From an uncultured Candidatus Saccharimonas sp. (GTDB lineage Bacteria; Patescibacteriota; Saccharimonadia; Saccharimonadales; AQU-01), in the NCBI GenBank assembly GCA_943358095.1, contig CALRGT010000001.1, positions 450 through 64,449 on the forward strand: a stretch of 64,000 nucleotides of DNA. Direction: 5' to 3'. Positions 37,953 through 47,740 of this stretch are shown here, piece after piece; within the stretch, counting starts at the first letter, position 1, and each line of letters starts with the position of its first letter. Under the pieces are notes generated by a model that saw nothing but the letters and a program-made list of their open reading frames with translations, was not told where the DNA came from and did no database searches. Position numbers and translations under genes: made by a program.

Positions 37953-38957
37953 ATGACAGATGAAATCAAACAAATTGACCAGTTAGTTAAAGACGCAAAG
38001 ACAATCGTTATTATTCAGGCCGATAATCCAGATGGAGACAGCCTGGCAAGTGCGTTGGCGCTAGAACAGATACTAGAAGACTTGGGCAAAACAACTCATC
38101 TTTATTGTGCAGTTGATATGCCTGACTATCTTAAACATCTTTCTGGTTGGGATAGAGTTAGCAATGAAATGCCGTCAAATTTTGATATATCTGTCATTGT
38201 TGACACCAGCGCATCGACACTCTTAGAGAAACTAGATGCCAGCCACTACAAACACTGGGTAGCTAATCGTCCGGTTATCGTTCTAGATCATCACACCGAC
38301 GTAGTCTGTGATATTACCTACGCAACTGTGGTTATTAATAGCAGCGAGGCTATTGCAACCGGTGAGTTAATTTATATGCTATCTAATCAATTAAACTGGC
38401 CACTTAATTTGCAGGCCAAAACTCATATCGCCAGCTCAATACTGTCAGATTCATTAGGCTTATCGTCTGAAGGTACTACTGCCAACACCTACCAAGTAAT
38501 GGCAGATCTTATAGGTTCTGGTGTAGACAGACCAGCCCTAGAAGAAGCACGGCGAGCACTAAACAAGATGCCTGAAATCATCTATCGATACAAAGCAAAA
38601 TTGATAGAAAGAACGGAGATGTATGCAGACGGCAGAATTGCTCTTCTGACTATTCCTCATGAAGAAATAATGACTTATAGCCCACTATACAATCCGGCAC
38701 CTCTTATCCAGAATGACATGCTACAAGTAGAAAAAGTTAGTGTCGCAATCGTAATCAAAAACTACAAAGACGGCAAGGTAACGGGCTCGATTAGATGTGG
38801 CCATGGCACGACAATTGCCGCCGATTTAGCCAAACACTTTGGTGGAGGCGGCCACCCATATGCTAGCGGATTTAAAATAGAAAAAGCCAAAAGCCAACTA
38901 GCGACAAAAGCAGAATGCATAAAACTCGCCACAGATTTACTGGAAAATATTGAATAG
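37953..38957 (+). CDS. DHH/DHHA1 phosphoesterase (NrnA-like)
   Basis: NPDGDS, IVDT, LDHH, SIR, FGGGGHPYASG. Confidence 0.92.
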   Translation: MTDEIKQIDQLVKDAKTIVIIQADNPDGDSLASALALEQILEDLGKTTHLYCAVDMPDYLKHLSGWDRVSNEMPSNFDISVIVDTSASTLLEKLDASHYKHWVANRPVIVLDHHTDVVCDITYATVVINSSEAIATGELIYMLSNQLNWPLNLQAKTHIASSILSDSLGLSSEGTTANTYQVMADLIGSGVDRPALEEARRALNKMPEIIYRYKAKLIERTEMYADGRIALLTIPHEEIMTYSPLYNPAPLIQNDMLQVEKVSVAIVIKNYKDGKVTGSIRCGHGTTIAADLAKHFGGGGHPYASGFKIEKAKSQLATKAECIKLATDLLENIE

Positions 38958-38978
38958 ACTATCAGCTAATGCTAATAT
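38950..38978 (+). promoter_or_regulatory. sigma70 promoter of the poly-Cys leader
   Basis: TTGAAT-17nt-TAATAT with extended TG; ATG 7 nt downstream. Confidence 0.7.
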
Positions 38979-38985
38979 TTAATTA

Positions 38986-39036
38986 ATGAATACGAATACA
39001 CAAATTAAAACTTGTTGTCAGGCCTGCTGTATATAG
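38986..39036 (+). CDS. putative cysteine-sensing leader peptide MNTNTQIKTCCQACCI
   Basis: 16-aa leaderless ORF with 4 Cys codons (TGT TGT, TGC TGT), followed by antiterminator/terminator, two genes upstream of cysS. Confidence 0.8.
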   Translation: MNTNTQIKTCCQACCI

Positions 39037-39095
39037 TTGAGGTCATTATTCCAAAGTTAAGTTAACGAAGAAGACCTCGACTAGCGAGGTTTTTT
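39021..39095 (+). promoter_or_regulatory. transcription attenuator upstream of PIG-L gene and cysS
   Basis: GGCCT(39021-25):AGGTC(39040-44); TTGAGGTC(39037-44):GACCTCGA(39073-80); terminator GACCTCG-ACTAG-CGAGGTT-TTTT. Confidence 0.75.
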
Positions 39096-39113
39096 AAATT
39101 AACAAGGAATATT

Positions 39114-39845
39114 ATGGCCAACACAATCAATAGTTTAATAGAAAATAGAAATGTATTTAACCTAGATCCAACCGATAGAGTTGCTTATTTTACCGCTCAT
39201 CCTGACGACGCTAGTATGTTTATGGCTTACGCTCTCGACAACACAGCCAAGCTTATTGCTGAGACAGGATCAGAGCCTCTACACGCCTATATAGCGAGTA
39301 ATGGCGAAGCTTCAACCAAAGGAGACAGAGAATTCGTTCTAGCAGGACGCAGAAGAGAAGAAGCTATTGCAGAGGCTGAATATTTTGGAGTTCCCAAGTC
39401 AAAACTACATCTGCCAGGACATCCAGACAGCAAACTTGGCGAAAGCTACAATCACAGCGTACTCACAAGAGACATCGATTCATTTATAGACGGCAACAAA
39501 ATCACTACCGCCATCACGCTTGGTGCTGCTGGAGGTGACGGACACTCAGACCACGTTGCCACTCACCATGCCGTCGTGTCATTACAGCGCAATTTTCCGA
39601 GAATGAATATATTTAGCCTAAATTCTAAAGGACGGGGTGAAATAGTTATTTCAAAAACTAATATTGACGTTAAACTTGGCGGCCTAGCCTTAAATTCAAG
39701 TCAATTTGAAATAAATAGAAACGAAGAAAATGTCGACAACGGTAGTTTGCACCGAATAGGTGGATTTGTTGTGGCAAGCAGTCAGGCTGAATCGCTCAGC
39801 CCATATAAACATTATTTAGAATACGAAAGCTATGACGCTCATTAG
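39114..39845 (+). CDS. PIG-L family deacetylase/amidase (MshB/Mca/BshB superfamily)
   Basis: AHPDD, SNGEA, RRREEA, PDSKL, GHSDH metal-binding motifs. Confidence 0.85.
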   Translation: MANTINSLIENRNVFNLDPTDRVAYFTAHPDDASMFMAYALDNTAKLIAETGSEPLHAYIASNGEASTKGDREFVLAGRRREEAIAEAEYFGVPKSKLHLPGHPDSKLGESYNHSVLTRDIDSFIDGNKITTAITLGAAGGDGHSDHVATHHAVVSLQRNFPRMNIFSLNSKGRGEIVISKTNIDVKLGGLALNSSQFEINRNEENVDNGSLHRIGGFVVASSQAESLSPYKHYLEYESYDAH

Positions 39846-39891
39846 AATAGACAGCAGCGATAATTATTTGGCTATGTTAAAGTATATATAG

Positions 39892-41298
39892 ATGAAACTT
39901 TATAACACACTCACAAAATCCATCGAAGAATTTACGCCTTATAACGAATTAGAAGCTCGTATATACAGCTGCGGACCTACTGTCTATAACGATGTTCATA
40001 TCGGCAATATTAGCTCCTTTATACATGCCGACACAATGAGACGAAGCCTAGAATCAACTGGCATAAAAATCAAACACGCCATGAACATTACTGATGTCGA
40101 CGACAAAACTATAAAGCGTAGCAGAGAACAGGCACCAGACAAATCTCCGATGGATGCCCTTATGGATCTTACTGCGCATTACACTGATACATTTATGCAT
40201 GACATGAATGCCGTCGGCAACGACACCAGTAATTACACATTTATAAAAGCGACAGACAACATCGACGGCATGAAATCAATGATAGAGGATTTATATAACA
40301 AAGGCTTTGCATATGTCGCCGACGACGGAGTCTACTTTTCTATCAAGAATTACCGTGATAATGGCAAGAACTATGGTCAATTACTTGAGATAACTCAAGA
40401 CAATACTCAGATGTCCAGAATTCATAACGACGAATACGACAAAGATTCCCCGCATGATTTTGCATTATGGAAAACTAAATCAGAAAACGAACCTGCGTGG
40501 TCCTTCACACTAGATGGCAAGATCGTAGACGGCAGACCAGGCTGGCACATAGAATGTTCTGTTATGAGCAAAGCAGTTGTCGGCCAACCTTTTGATATTC
40601 ATACCGGTGGAATTGACCTTATATTTCCGCATCACGAAAACGAAATTGCCCAAAGTACAGCCGGGCAAAAAGACGCTATTATGGCTAAGTTCTTTTACCA
40701 CAACGAACATCTTCTAATAGATGGCAAAAAAATGAGTAAAAGCCTCAACAACTTTTATACGATTGAAGATTTGCGCCATAAAGGCATCAACCCACTAGCT
40801 TTTCGCTTATTAGTACTTCAGTCGCACTACAGGCATCAAGCTAACTTTAGCTGGACTAACTTGGACGCGGCAAACAATCGCTTAAATGGCTATCAGGCTG
40901 TGGCTGACTTACGATTCCAGGCCACCACTGCAACTGAGTCAATTAACCTTATAGCGCCGTTACAGGCTATCGTAGAGGCCCTACAGGATGATGTGAATAC
41001 ACCTAGAGCCTTAGAGGAGTTAAGCAATCTACAAAGTTTAGTAGCATCAAATCTCGTATCAGCAAATCAACTTGATGAATTCAATGAAGTTCTTAGCACC
41101 TTGGACGAACTGTTTGGACTAGGACTTACGACCTCAAATGACATAAATCAAGCAGAGAAGGACTTAATATCCGAAAGACAGTCAGCCCGATCGCTATCCG
41201 ACTGGTCAAAATCCGATTCTCTTAGAGACGACTTGTTGAAGCTAAATATTGAAATACGAGACACGCCCGCAGGCCAAATCTGGTCAAGAATTAAATAA
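39892..41298 (+). CDS. cysS: cysteine--tRNA ligase
   Basis: YSCGPTVY, HIGN, DFALWK, GRPGWHIECS, FPHHENE, KMSKS; anticodon-binding C-terminal domain present. Confidence 0.99.
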   Translation: MKLYNTLTKSIEEFTPYNELEARIYSCGPTVYNDVHIGNISSFIHADTMRRSLESTGIKIKHAMNITDVDDKTIKRSREQAPDKSPMDALMDLTAHYTDTFMHDMNAVGNDTSNYTFIKATDNIDGMKSMIEDLYNKGFAYVADDGVYFSIKNYRDNGKNYGQLLEITQDNTQMSRIHNDEYDKDSPHDFALWKTKSENEPAWSFTLDGKIVDGRPGWHIECSVMSKAVVGQPFDIHTGGIDLIFPHHENEIAQSTAGQKDAIMAKFFYHNEHLLIDGKKMSKSLNNFYTIEDLRHKGINPLAFRLLVLQSHYRHQANFSWTNLDAANNRLNGYQAVADLRFQATTATESINLIAPLQAIVEALQDDVNTPRALEELSNLQSLVASNLVSANQLDEFNEVLSTLDELFGLGLTTSNDINQAEKDLISERQSARSLSDWSKSDSLRDDLLKLNIEIRDTPAGQIWSRIK

Positions 41299-41333
41299 CC
41301 TTAAACTGAATGTTCGACAACTTCTTCGGCTTT

Positions 41334-42419
41334 TTAAGCGGCATCAACAGTCTCGACATGGTAATACTCATCAATAACAACTCTAATACAACCTGCGATA
41401 GGTATAGCAGCCAACGCACCTAGTAAACCACCAAGTTGCGCTCCAACTAGTGCTGCAACGAAAACTATTAAAGGCGTAAGGTTATTGCTCTTTGCTTGAA
41501 TGTAGGGCTGAAGAGTAGCATTCTCAACTTGCTGATACAACAAGAAGAAAACTGTCATACCAAGTGCAAGTCCGGTAGAAGCGAACAAGCAAAACAGAAC
41601 TACTATTACAGCAGCTAAAGTATTGCCAATGAGAGGGATCAAACCAAATATAAAGACAATGCCCGCTAGAGCAATCGGATTAATTGTTACGCCAGCTAGA
41701 GTACTGCCTACAACTAGCGCGACCACTGCAAACAATGACGCGATTCCGGCAATCAAAACCTGACCATTCACGTAACTAGTGACGACTCGGTACATTTTCA
41801 TTGCAACTTTTTTGCGCTTTTCTTGTTCGTCTTTAGGCTGCATAAGTAGTAATTGCCCCAACCACTGCGGAGCTTCGACTAGAAGCATAAAGGTAAGAAC
41901 CAACACTGTAATAATGGCTATAAGCGTCCCACCGATTCTACCTGCCGTGCTAATGATAGGACCCGATATATTACTAAGTCTTGCGCTATAACGATGACTG
42001 ATCTCAGTAAGCTGATCATCGATTTTGTACTGATGTATTGCCCTTCCTAATGCTGAATCTTGATCTCGAAAATGCTCAATAGTCTGTGGTAGATTCTTTG
42101 CAAAGTCAGATGTTTGCTTAACGAGCGGGGGTACAACTAGTGATAAAAATCCGACAAGAATCACCATAACAAGCGCGTACGCCATACCGACGGCAGCTGA
42201 GCGGCTTTTAACCTTTAATTTACTACTAATCCAACCAACAGCTGGATTTAGAGCTATAGCCAAAAAAACCGATACACCAATTAGAGTAAGCTGACCCTCT
42301 ATGCTCGACAATAAATTAATACCTACGATAGTTACAACAACGAATACAATTACCCGAAGGATTGAATCGTTAGTAATGTTGATGTTTGTCGTGTGTTTTC
42401 GTGAGTTAAATAGTTTCAT
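41334..42419 (-). CDS. AI-2E family transporter
   Basis: YVNGQVLI, IPLIG, YQQVEN..LQP, GLLGALAAIP. Confidence 0.92.
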   Translation of the reverse strand: MKLFNSRKHTTNINITNDSILRVIVFVVVTIVGINLLSSIEGQLTLIGVSVFLAIALNPAVGWISSKLKVKSRSAAVGMAYALVMVILVGFLSLVVPPLVKQTSDFAKNLPQTIEHFRDQDSALGRAIHQYKIDDQLTEISHRYSARLSNISGPIISTAGRIGGTLIAIITVLVLTFMLLVEAPQWLGQLLLMQPKDEQEKRKKVAMKMYRVVTSYVNGQVLIAGIASLFAVVALVVGSTLAGVTINPIALAGIVFIFGLIPLIGNTLAAVIVVLFCLFASTGLALGMTVFFLLYQQVENATLQPYIQAKSNNLTPLIVFVAALVGAQLGGLLGALAAIPIAGCIRVVIDEYYHVETVDAA

Positions 42420-42437
42420 ATACCTTTCATTATTATG

Positions 42438-43568
42438 CTAATGGGTTCGTTTTGCAATCGAAGACTTGTATATTGCCATAACCTGGGCTCCAACTATATT
42501 AATATCATACTGCTTAACGGCTGTTTTTTGCCATGATTTGGCGCTTTTTCTAGCTCTACTATTAACAATGAGGTGCTTGAGTGTATTAGCAAATTCATCA
42601 ACTTTTTGCGGCGAAAATAACTGACTAGGCCTACCATTAAGAATCGAAGCATAGCCGATGTTATTACCACCCAGTACAACCTCACTACCGGCCGCCATAG
42701 CTTCTATCAACACTATTCCAAAACACTCCCCGCCAAGAGAAGGAAATACTGCAATATGAGCACTCGCTAAATAATCAGGCTTATCTGCTTCGTTTACAAA
42801 GCCAACAAAATGTATTACGGCACTAAGGCGATTGTCGCGTACATAATCTTTCAGTTCGCTATCAAGCGGTCCTTTACCACAAATAATAACCCTAACATTC
42901 ATAAGTTGATGTTTGTCGTGAAGAATCTTAATGGCTTGCAACAAGTATGTGCAACCCTTTCTTTCTACAAGACGCCCTAAATAGACTATATTGATCTTCC
43001 CATCGTTATATTTATCGATCATTTTACCCTTACCATAAAGAGCAGAGTCAACTGTGTTTGGAATCATAATAGGCTTTACTCGGAATGAAGATTTCGCATA
43101 GTCAAATGCTGGCCATGATGCTCCTATGACAGCATCAAAACGACGAAGATTACGCTTCAGATACAACCCTAAAGCCCTACCTGCAACATTGTGTAGTAAG
43201 TTGAAAGGCACGATATGAAAACTTCCTATAACCGCCGTTTTTTGCGATACATTCGATACGACAAAACCAGCCATTAACGGGCTGTAGGGCATCTGAACAT
43301 GAATAATGTCAAACTGTTCGTCGTTTAGCAGTTTGACTATCTTGATCTTATCGGCCTTTAGAGGCATGGACATGCGATTCTTATTAAATCTAACGGCTAT
43401 GTTTTTGCTCAGGCTGTGAATGTTTGGTATATCATCGCGGTGAGTCTCGCCAACTAGATAGTGGACGTTGTGGCCCTGTTTGGCCAGCCAACTCCCTAAA
43501 GTAATAATATATTGTTGAACGCCGTCCGTTTTGTCTAATGAATCGTCTAAAACAAAACCGATTTTCAC
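42438..43568 (-). CDS. glycosyltransferase family 4 (PimA-like)
   Basis: DGVQQY, YLGRLVERKG, GECFGIVLIEAMAAG. Confidence 0.9.
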   Translation of the reverse strand: MKIGFVLDDSLDKTDGVQQYIITLGSWLAKQGHNVHYLVGETHRDDIPNIHSLSKNIAVRFNKNRMSMPLKADKIKIVKLLNDEQFDIIHVQMPYSPLMAGFVVSNVSQKTAVIGSFHIVPFNLLHNVAGRALGLYLKRNLRRFDAVIGASWPAFDYAKSSFRVKPIMIPNTVDSALYGKGKMIDKYNDGKINIVYLGRLVERKGCTYLLQAIKILHDKHQLMNVRVIICGKGPLDSELKDYVRDNRLSAVIHFVGFVNEADKPDYLASAHIAVFPSLGGECFGIVLIEAMAAGSEVVLGGNNIGYASILNGRPSQLFSPQKVDEFANTLKHLIVNSRARKSAKSWQKTAVKQYDINIVGAQVMAIYKSSIAKRTH

Positions 43569-44689
43569 TTTTGGCTCGCTATTTTGTTGTAAAGCTCTAA
43601 ATATTTATCGACAACAAATTTATAGTCAAACTGCTTAACATACTCACTACTCCAATCAAGCCAAAGCCTACGTACTGCCTCGTCATTCAATAAATAGCCT
43701 AATCTGTCAGCGAATTCAGATATTCTAGTTGGGTCTACAATAGATAATTGGCCCGTATCTTGCATTACACCCTTATAACCCTCGTTATTACCGGCAACCG
43801 TAACGACCCCCATAGCCATAGCTTCTAAAAGCACAATACCAAAACTCTCTCCGTAAAGAGCAGGCGAGCAAAACAAGTCAGCCTTAGCGAATAACGCTAA
43901 TTTCTGCTTATCTGTAACAAATCCAAGAAATTCAACTCTCTTGATGTTTTTATGTTTAACCCAATCTTCTAACTTCTCGCGATCAGACCCGTCGCCAGCA
44001 ATAACTAACTTCACCTTGTCATCTTTTTCTGACAGCTTAGCGAATGCTCGTATTAGGTACTTCACACCTTTACGTTTTTCTAGGCGTCCAACATATAGTA
44101 TGTTTTTAGTTTTTCTACTACTTGAACCTGAGTTTTTGACTTTAGAATACTTATCGAGGTTAATGCCGTTTGGAATGATACTGACGCGACGGCCAGTTCT
44201 TTCACGAACAAAATCTGCCGCAACTTCAGATACCGCCGTAATCTCCGTCAAATTACTAAATATTGAGCGGGAGTAGGGGATACGAAAGGCCTCAATAGTC
44301 CAAGACATTGGCGTGTCGGGGTGAATAGCGTGGAAAGTTGCGACGATAGGGCACCTAGCCTTACTTATCACTTGTGCTCCCATAAATGGGACTTCTGGTT
44401 CGTGAACATGTAGGATATCGAAATTTTCGTTTAAAAGAATTTCATCAATCGTATCGCGGCCAAAGCTGGCTCCTAGTTCTAGAGTCGTCTTAATCGGGGT
44501 CTTAACTTTAGCTGAGTTTCCAGCAAAAATAACGTCTTTTGGTGCAATTGTCTTAACGCTTAATGGACGAGGAGTTAGTATTTTAACCACATAGCCGCGT
44601 TTTCGTAATTCTTCGGCCTGAGCTAGAACGTGCTCTTGCACGCCGCCCCCACGAAAAATATCATACGGACATACTATGCCAATTTTCAT
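43565..44689 (-). CDS. glycosyltransferase family 4 (PimA-like)
   Basis: MKIGIVCPY..GGVQEHV, HVHEP, PIVATFH, GRLEKRKG, GESFGIVLLEAMA. Confidence 0.92.
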   Translation of the reverse strand: MKIGIVCPYDIFRGGGVQEHVLAQAEELRKRGYVVKILTPRPLSVKTIAPKDVIFAGNSAKVKTPIKTTLELGASFGRDTIDEILLNENFDILHVHEPEVPFMGAQVISKARCPIVATFHAIHPDTPMSWTIEAFRIPYSRSIFSNLTEITAVSEVAADFVRERTGRRVSIIPNGINLDKYSKVKNSGSSSRKTKNILYVGRLEKRKGVKYLIRAFAKLSEKDDKVKLVIAGDGSDREKLEDWVKHKNIKRVEFLGFVTDKQKLALFAKADLFCSPALYGESFGIVLLEAMAMGVVTVAGNNEGYKGVMQDTGQLSIVDPTRISEFADRLGYLLNDEAVRRLWLDWSSEYVKQFDYKFVVDKYLELYNKIASQK

Positions 44690-44739
44690 CTTACTATTAT
44701 TTTACCATAATATAGCCCAACATTTTCCGTGTTTAGGTT

Positions 44740-45678
44740 TTATGAATTTTTAGATAGAATTTTTCTTAATTCATTTGGCATTAGAACACCTGATGCTTTT
44801 TTGTCGGCTAAAATACTAGGAGCGTGATTTTTCATATTAATAGGTATGCCCTTAAAGCTACTGAAAACGACCTTCATATGCTGTTCAATAATCTGATAAT
44901 CAAAATAGTTATCGTTTTTTGAATAAATATGCAAAACAGGGATGTTGACAGGCGTCTTGCAGTTATCTAAGTGCAAAAAGCCATTACTAGTGGCCATATG
45001 AGTCCTTACATCGTTATCGTTCCATAACTTAATTTCTAGATCCATTAAAGCTTTTTCTCGCTCTGGATCACCCTTTGTTTCAGCAAACTTATGCTTAGCG
45101 TTGTAGGTATGTTTGTAGGCAACCCTGAGGACTGTAGCATTCAAAAACAGCTTTTTAAAAACTGTAGGCGTAACGGGAACAGACAAAACTCTGGTTAACG
45201 TCCTATACATGGCCATTCTGGGTCGCGTGAAGGTAAAATCATCCTCATGAACAAAGCCAACTGCGCTAATAAGCAGCTCAACTTTATTCGTTAATTCTGG
45301 ATGTCGCTGAAGCATTCTAGTCGCAACTACAAAACCGTAAGAAATGCCAATAATAGTAATTTTGCGTTGTTTGAATTTCAATTTAATAAAAGAGGCTAGG
45401 TAGTCTGCGTAAGCATCTATCGTCGGCTTGCTACCAATCTTATAGAAACTATCCATACCACCAAAACCTGGCAAATCAGGCATGGTCACAGAGCCGTAAG
45501 TATTAAAATTCTGCACGAGTCCCCACCAACGCTCAAGCAGGGCGTGGTGACCATAAACTAGCAACATTTCTCTGCCGTTCTTTTTTGGTGATGGCATGTG
45601 CATCATTCGTCCACGGAGGCCATTCATATTTAATGGCACTATATAATCTGAAGGTAGAATTTCTTTTTTGTTAGTCAT
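44740..45678 (-). CDS. alpha/beta hydrolase
   Basis: PDLPGFG, GISYG nucleophile elbow, C-terminal His; ATG at 45678 preferred. Confidence 0.85.
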   Translation of the reverse strand: MTNKKEILPSDYIVPLNMNGLRGRMMHMPSPKKNGREMLLVYGHHALLERWWGLVQNFNTYGSVTMPDLPGFGGMDSFYKIGSKPTIDAYADYLASFIKLKFKQRKITIIGISYGFVVATRMLQRHPELTNKVELLISAVGFVHEDDFTFTRPRMAMYRTLTRVLSVPVTPTVFKKLFLNATVLRVAYKHTYNAKHKFAETKGDPEREKALMDLEIKLWNDNDVRTHMATSNGFLHLDNCKTPVNIPVLHIYSKNDNYFDYQIIEQHMKVVFSSFKGIPINMKNHAPSILADKKASGVLMPNELRKILSKNS

Positions 45679-45772
45679 AATCTTATATAAAATTACGCTA
45701 AAATCGACTAACTTGCAATCTAAGTTCTTAACATACTTCCCAGTCATGCTAATAATCGTTTATAGTAATGAT

Positions 45773-46534
45773 ATGGCAAAACATAACTTCATAGGCATTG
45801 GTCTTGTAGCTATAACTGTAATAGCTAGTCTTTCCTGGGGTCATATTAAGCACCCGACAATTTCCTCAATCACTAAAACTGTAGATGTTACTAATGTAGT
45901 ATCTGGACAAGAAGTTAAATTATCCTTTAAGGAAAGTTACTCTACGACTGACCCGAACAGCATATGGGTTATCGCTAACAAGAAACTTGCTTTACCTAAC
46001 GGATTCGCGCCTTCCGACCTAGTAGTACCAAACGTAATTTTACGTCTAGAAAATACTAGCGAGCAGATGCAGGTTCGATTAGTCATAAAAGCCGATTTGG
46101 AGGCTATGTTCGCAGCAGCCAAAAAAGAGGGGCACAGTTTAATGCTAAGCAGTGGCTACCGTTCAGTAGCTTACCAAAAATCACTCTACGACGGCTATGT
46201 AGCTACTCAAGGCCTTGCTTCAGCTGATCGTTCCAGCGCAAGACCAGGCCACAGCGAACACCAAACAGGATTAGCATTTGACGTAGAACCATCCGACAAA
46301 CGCTGCGAACTATTGCAATGTTTTGGTGATACGCCAGAAGGCATATGGTTGGCCAAACACAGTAGCGAATATGGTTTTATTATCCGTTACGGAAAAGACC
46401 AAGAGCAGTTAACTGGTTACGAATACGAACCCTGGCACCTGCGCTATGTCGGCAAAAACTTAGCTAGCGAATTAGTTAATACCAAGAAAACCCTAGAGCA
46501 ATACTTCGATCTTGAACCTGCTTCTAAATACTAA
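45773..46534 (+). CDS. M15B D-Ala-D-Ala carboxypeptidase (VanY-like)
   Basis: SGYRS, SARPGHSEHQTGLAFD, YEPWHLRYVG; N-terminal TM; ATG at 45773 preferred. Confidence 0.93.
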   Translation: MAKHNFIGIGLVAITVIASLSWGHIKHPTISSITKTVDVTNVVSGQEVKLSFKESYSTTDPNSIWVIANKKLALPNGFAPSDLVVPNVILRLENTSEQMQVRLVIKADLEAMFAAAKKEGHSLMLSSGYRSVAYQKSLYDGYVATQGLASADRSSARPGHSEHQTGLAFDVEPSDKRCELLQCFGDTPEGIWLAKHSSEYGFIIRYGKDQEQLTGYEYEPWHLRYVGKNLASELVNTKKTLEQYFDLEPASKY

Positions 46535-47733
46535 TCTAACTGACTGGCCGATATTATAGGTACTGAATCATACTGGTTTAGTAACCTTTTAATGCGTGTT
46601 TTTTGAATATCGACAGTAGTGTTTAGTTTAGATGTTGCCAAAGGTTTGCTTGCTTGGTCAAGAGTGTATATTTGGAAGTTTTTTCTAGCTAATAAGTTCT
46701 GCGCCGCCGCTTCACTAGCCGACCAATCATAATGCATATATATAGGCAGGTAGCTAGCCTCAGAAACTTGCTTACTAGAAGTATTTACGTCCAGCACAGC
46801 TAGTCCGCTAAACAAAGAATCTACCTCAAGCTGTGCGTTCAAAAAGTTTCCTAATGAATAAAATACATGCGTAAATCTTGAGCTCTGACCCACAAGCTTC
46901 TTGTATGGTTCTAGCGAGTGGGGGCCATGACCAAAAATTATGTCAGCGCCATTATCAGCCAAAAATTGACTATCGGATGCCTGCTCAGCATTTATGCCGC
47001 TAGAGTACTCCGTACCCCAACGCATACTAACTATAATAATGTCAGAGTTCTTGCGTGCTTCAATTAGCTGAGCTTTTGCAGTAATCTGATTAAACATATT
47101 TACGCCATAACTTGTCATGTTCTTAGCGTTACTGTAAGTAACATATGATAAGAATGAAAACTTAACACCTTTTACGGTAAAGTAGTTAATCTTTTGTTGT
47201 TCGGCAGTGTTGCGATTAGCGCCCGCTACCGCCAATATATTTGGCTGCTTATCCCACTCACTGCGCTGGGCATCAATAACTGACTGTCCCTTATCGTAAC
47301 TATGATTGGTCCCGATATTTATTAGATTACAGCCAAGTCCAGCCATATCTCGAGTAAATTCAAAAGGTGCGTTAAATATAGGGTATCCTGTTATCCCATA
47401 TTGTGCGCCCCCAACAGGTGTCGCCTGGTTACAAAAACGAACATCCGCTTTGGCGAATATAGGCGCCATATTGGACATCATCCCGGAATAATCATAGCTA
47501 CCATCAGATTTTTTGGCTTCCTGGTTGATAGCGTCGTGAGGAATAAAATCGCCAGTAGCAACTATTCTAACACTACCAGATTTACTGCTCGTGACTGGGT
47601 CGGTATTTTTTTTCGTATTATCTGATGCCACAACAAAAGGTTTTTGACTATGAGGTTTTAGTAGCAAATATGCGCCGCCGCCAAATATCACGACCAGACT
47701 TAAAGCAAGGAATATAGTTGATTTGCTGCTCAT
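46531..47733 (-). CDS. CapA/PGA_cap family metallophosphatase-fold protein
   Basis: ATGD, NHSYD, WGTEY, GHGPH, YSLGNF; N-terminal TM. Confidence 0.9.
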   Translation of the reverse strand: MSSKSTIFLALSLVVIFGGGAYLLLKPHSQKPFVVASDNTKKNTDPVTSSKSGSVRIVATGDFIPHDAINQEAKKSDGSYDYSGMMSNMAPIFAKADVRFCNQATPVGGAQYGITGYPIFNAPFEFTRDMAGLGCNLINIGTNHSYDKGQSVIDAQRSEWDKQPNILAVAGANRNTAEQQKINYFTVKGVKFSFLSYVTYSNAKNMTSYGVNMFNQITAKAQLIEARKNSDIIIVSMRWGTEYSSGINAEQASDSQFLADNGADIIFGHGPHSLEPYKKLVGQSSRFTHVFYSLGNFLNAQLEVDSLFSGLAVLDVNTSSKQVSEASYLPIYMHYDWSASEAAAQNLLARKNFQIYTLDQASKPLATSKLNTTVDIQKTRIKRLLNQYDSVPIISASQLD

Positions 47734-47740
47734 ATGGATT

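Noticed and set aside
39114-44689. PIG-L, CysRS and GT4 genes as an MshB/MshC/MshA mycothiol biosynthesis cluster
   Set aside because: The CysRS keeps its anticodon-binding domain, which MshC lacks; the GT4s look PimA-like and are on the opposite strand; no MshD is visible.
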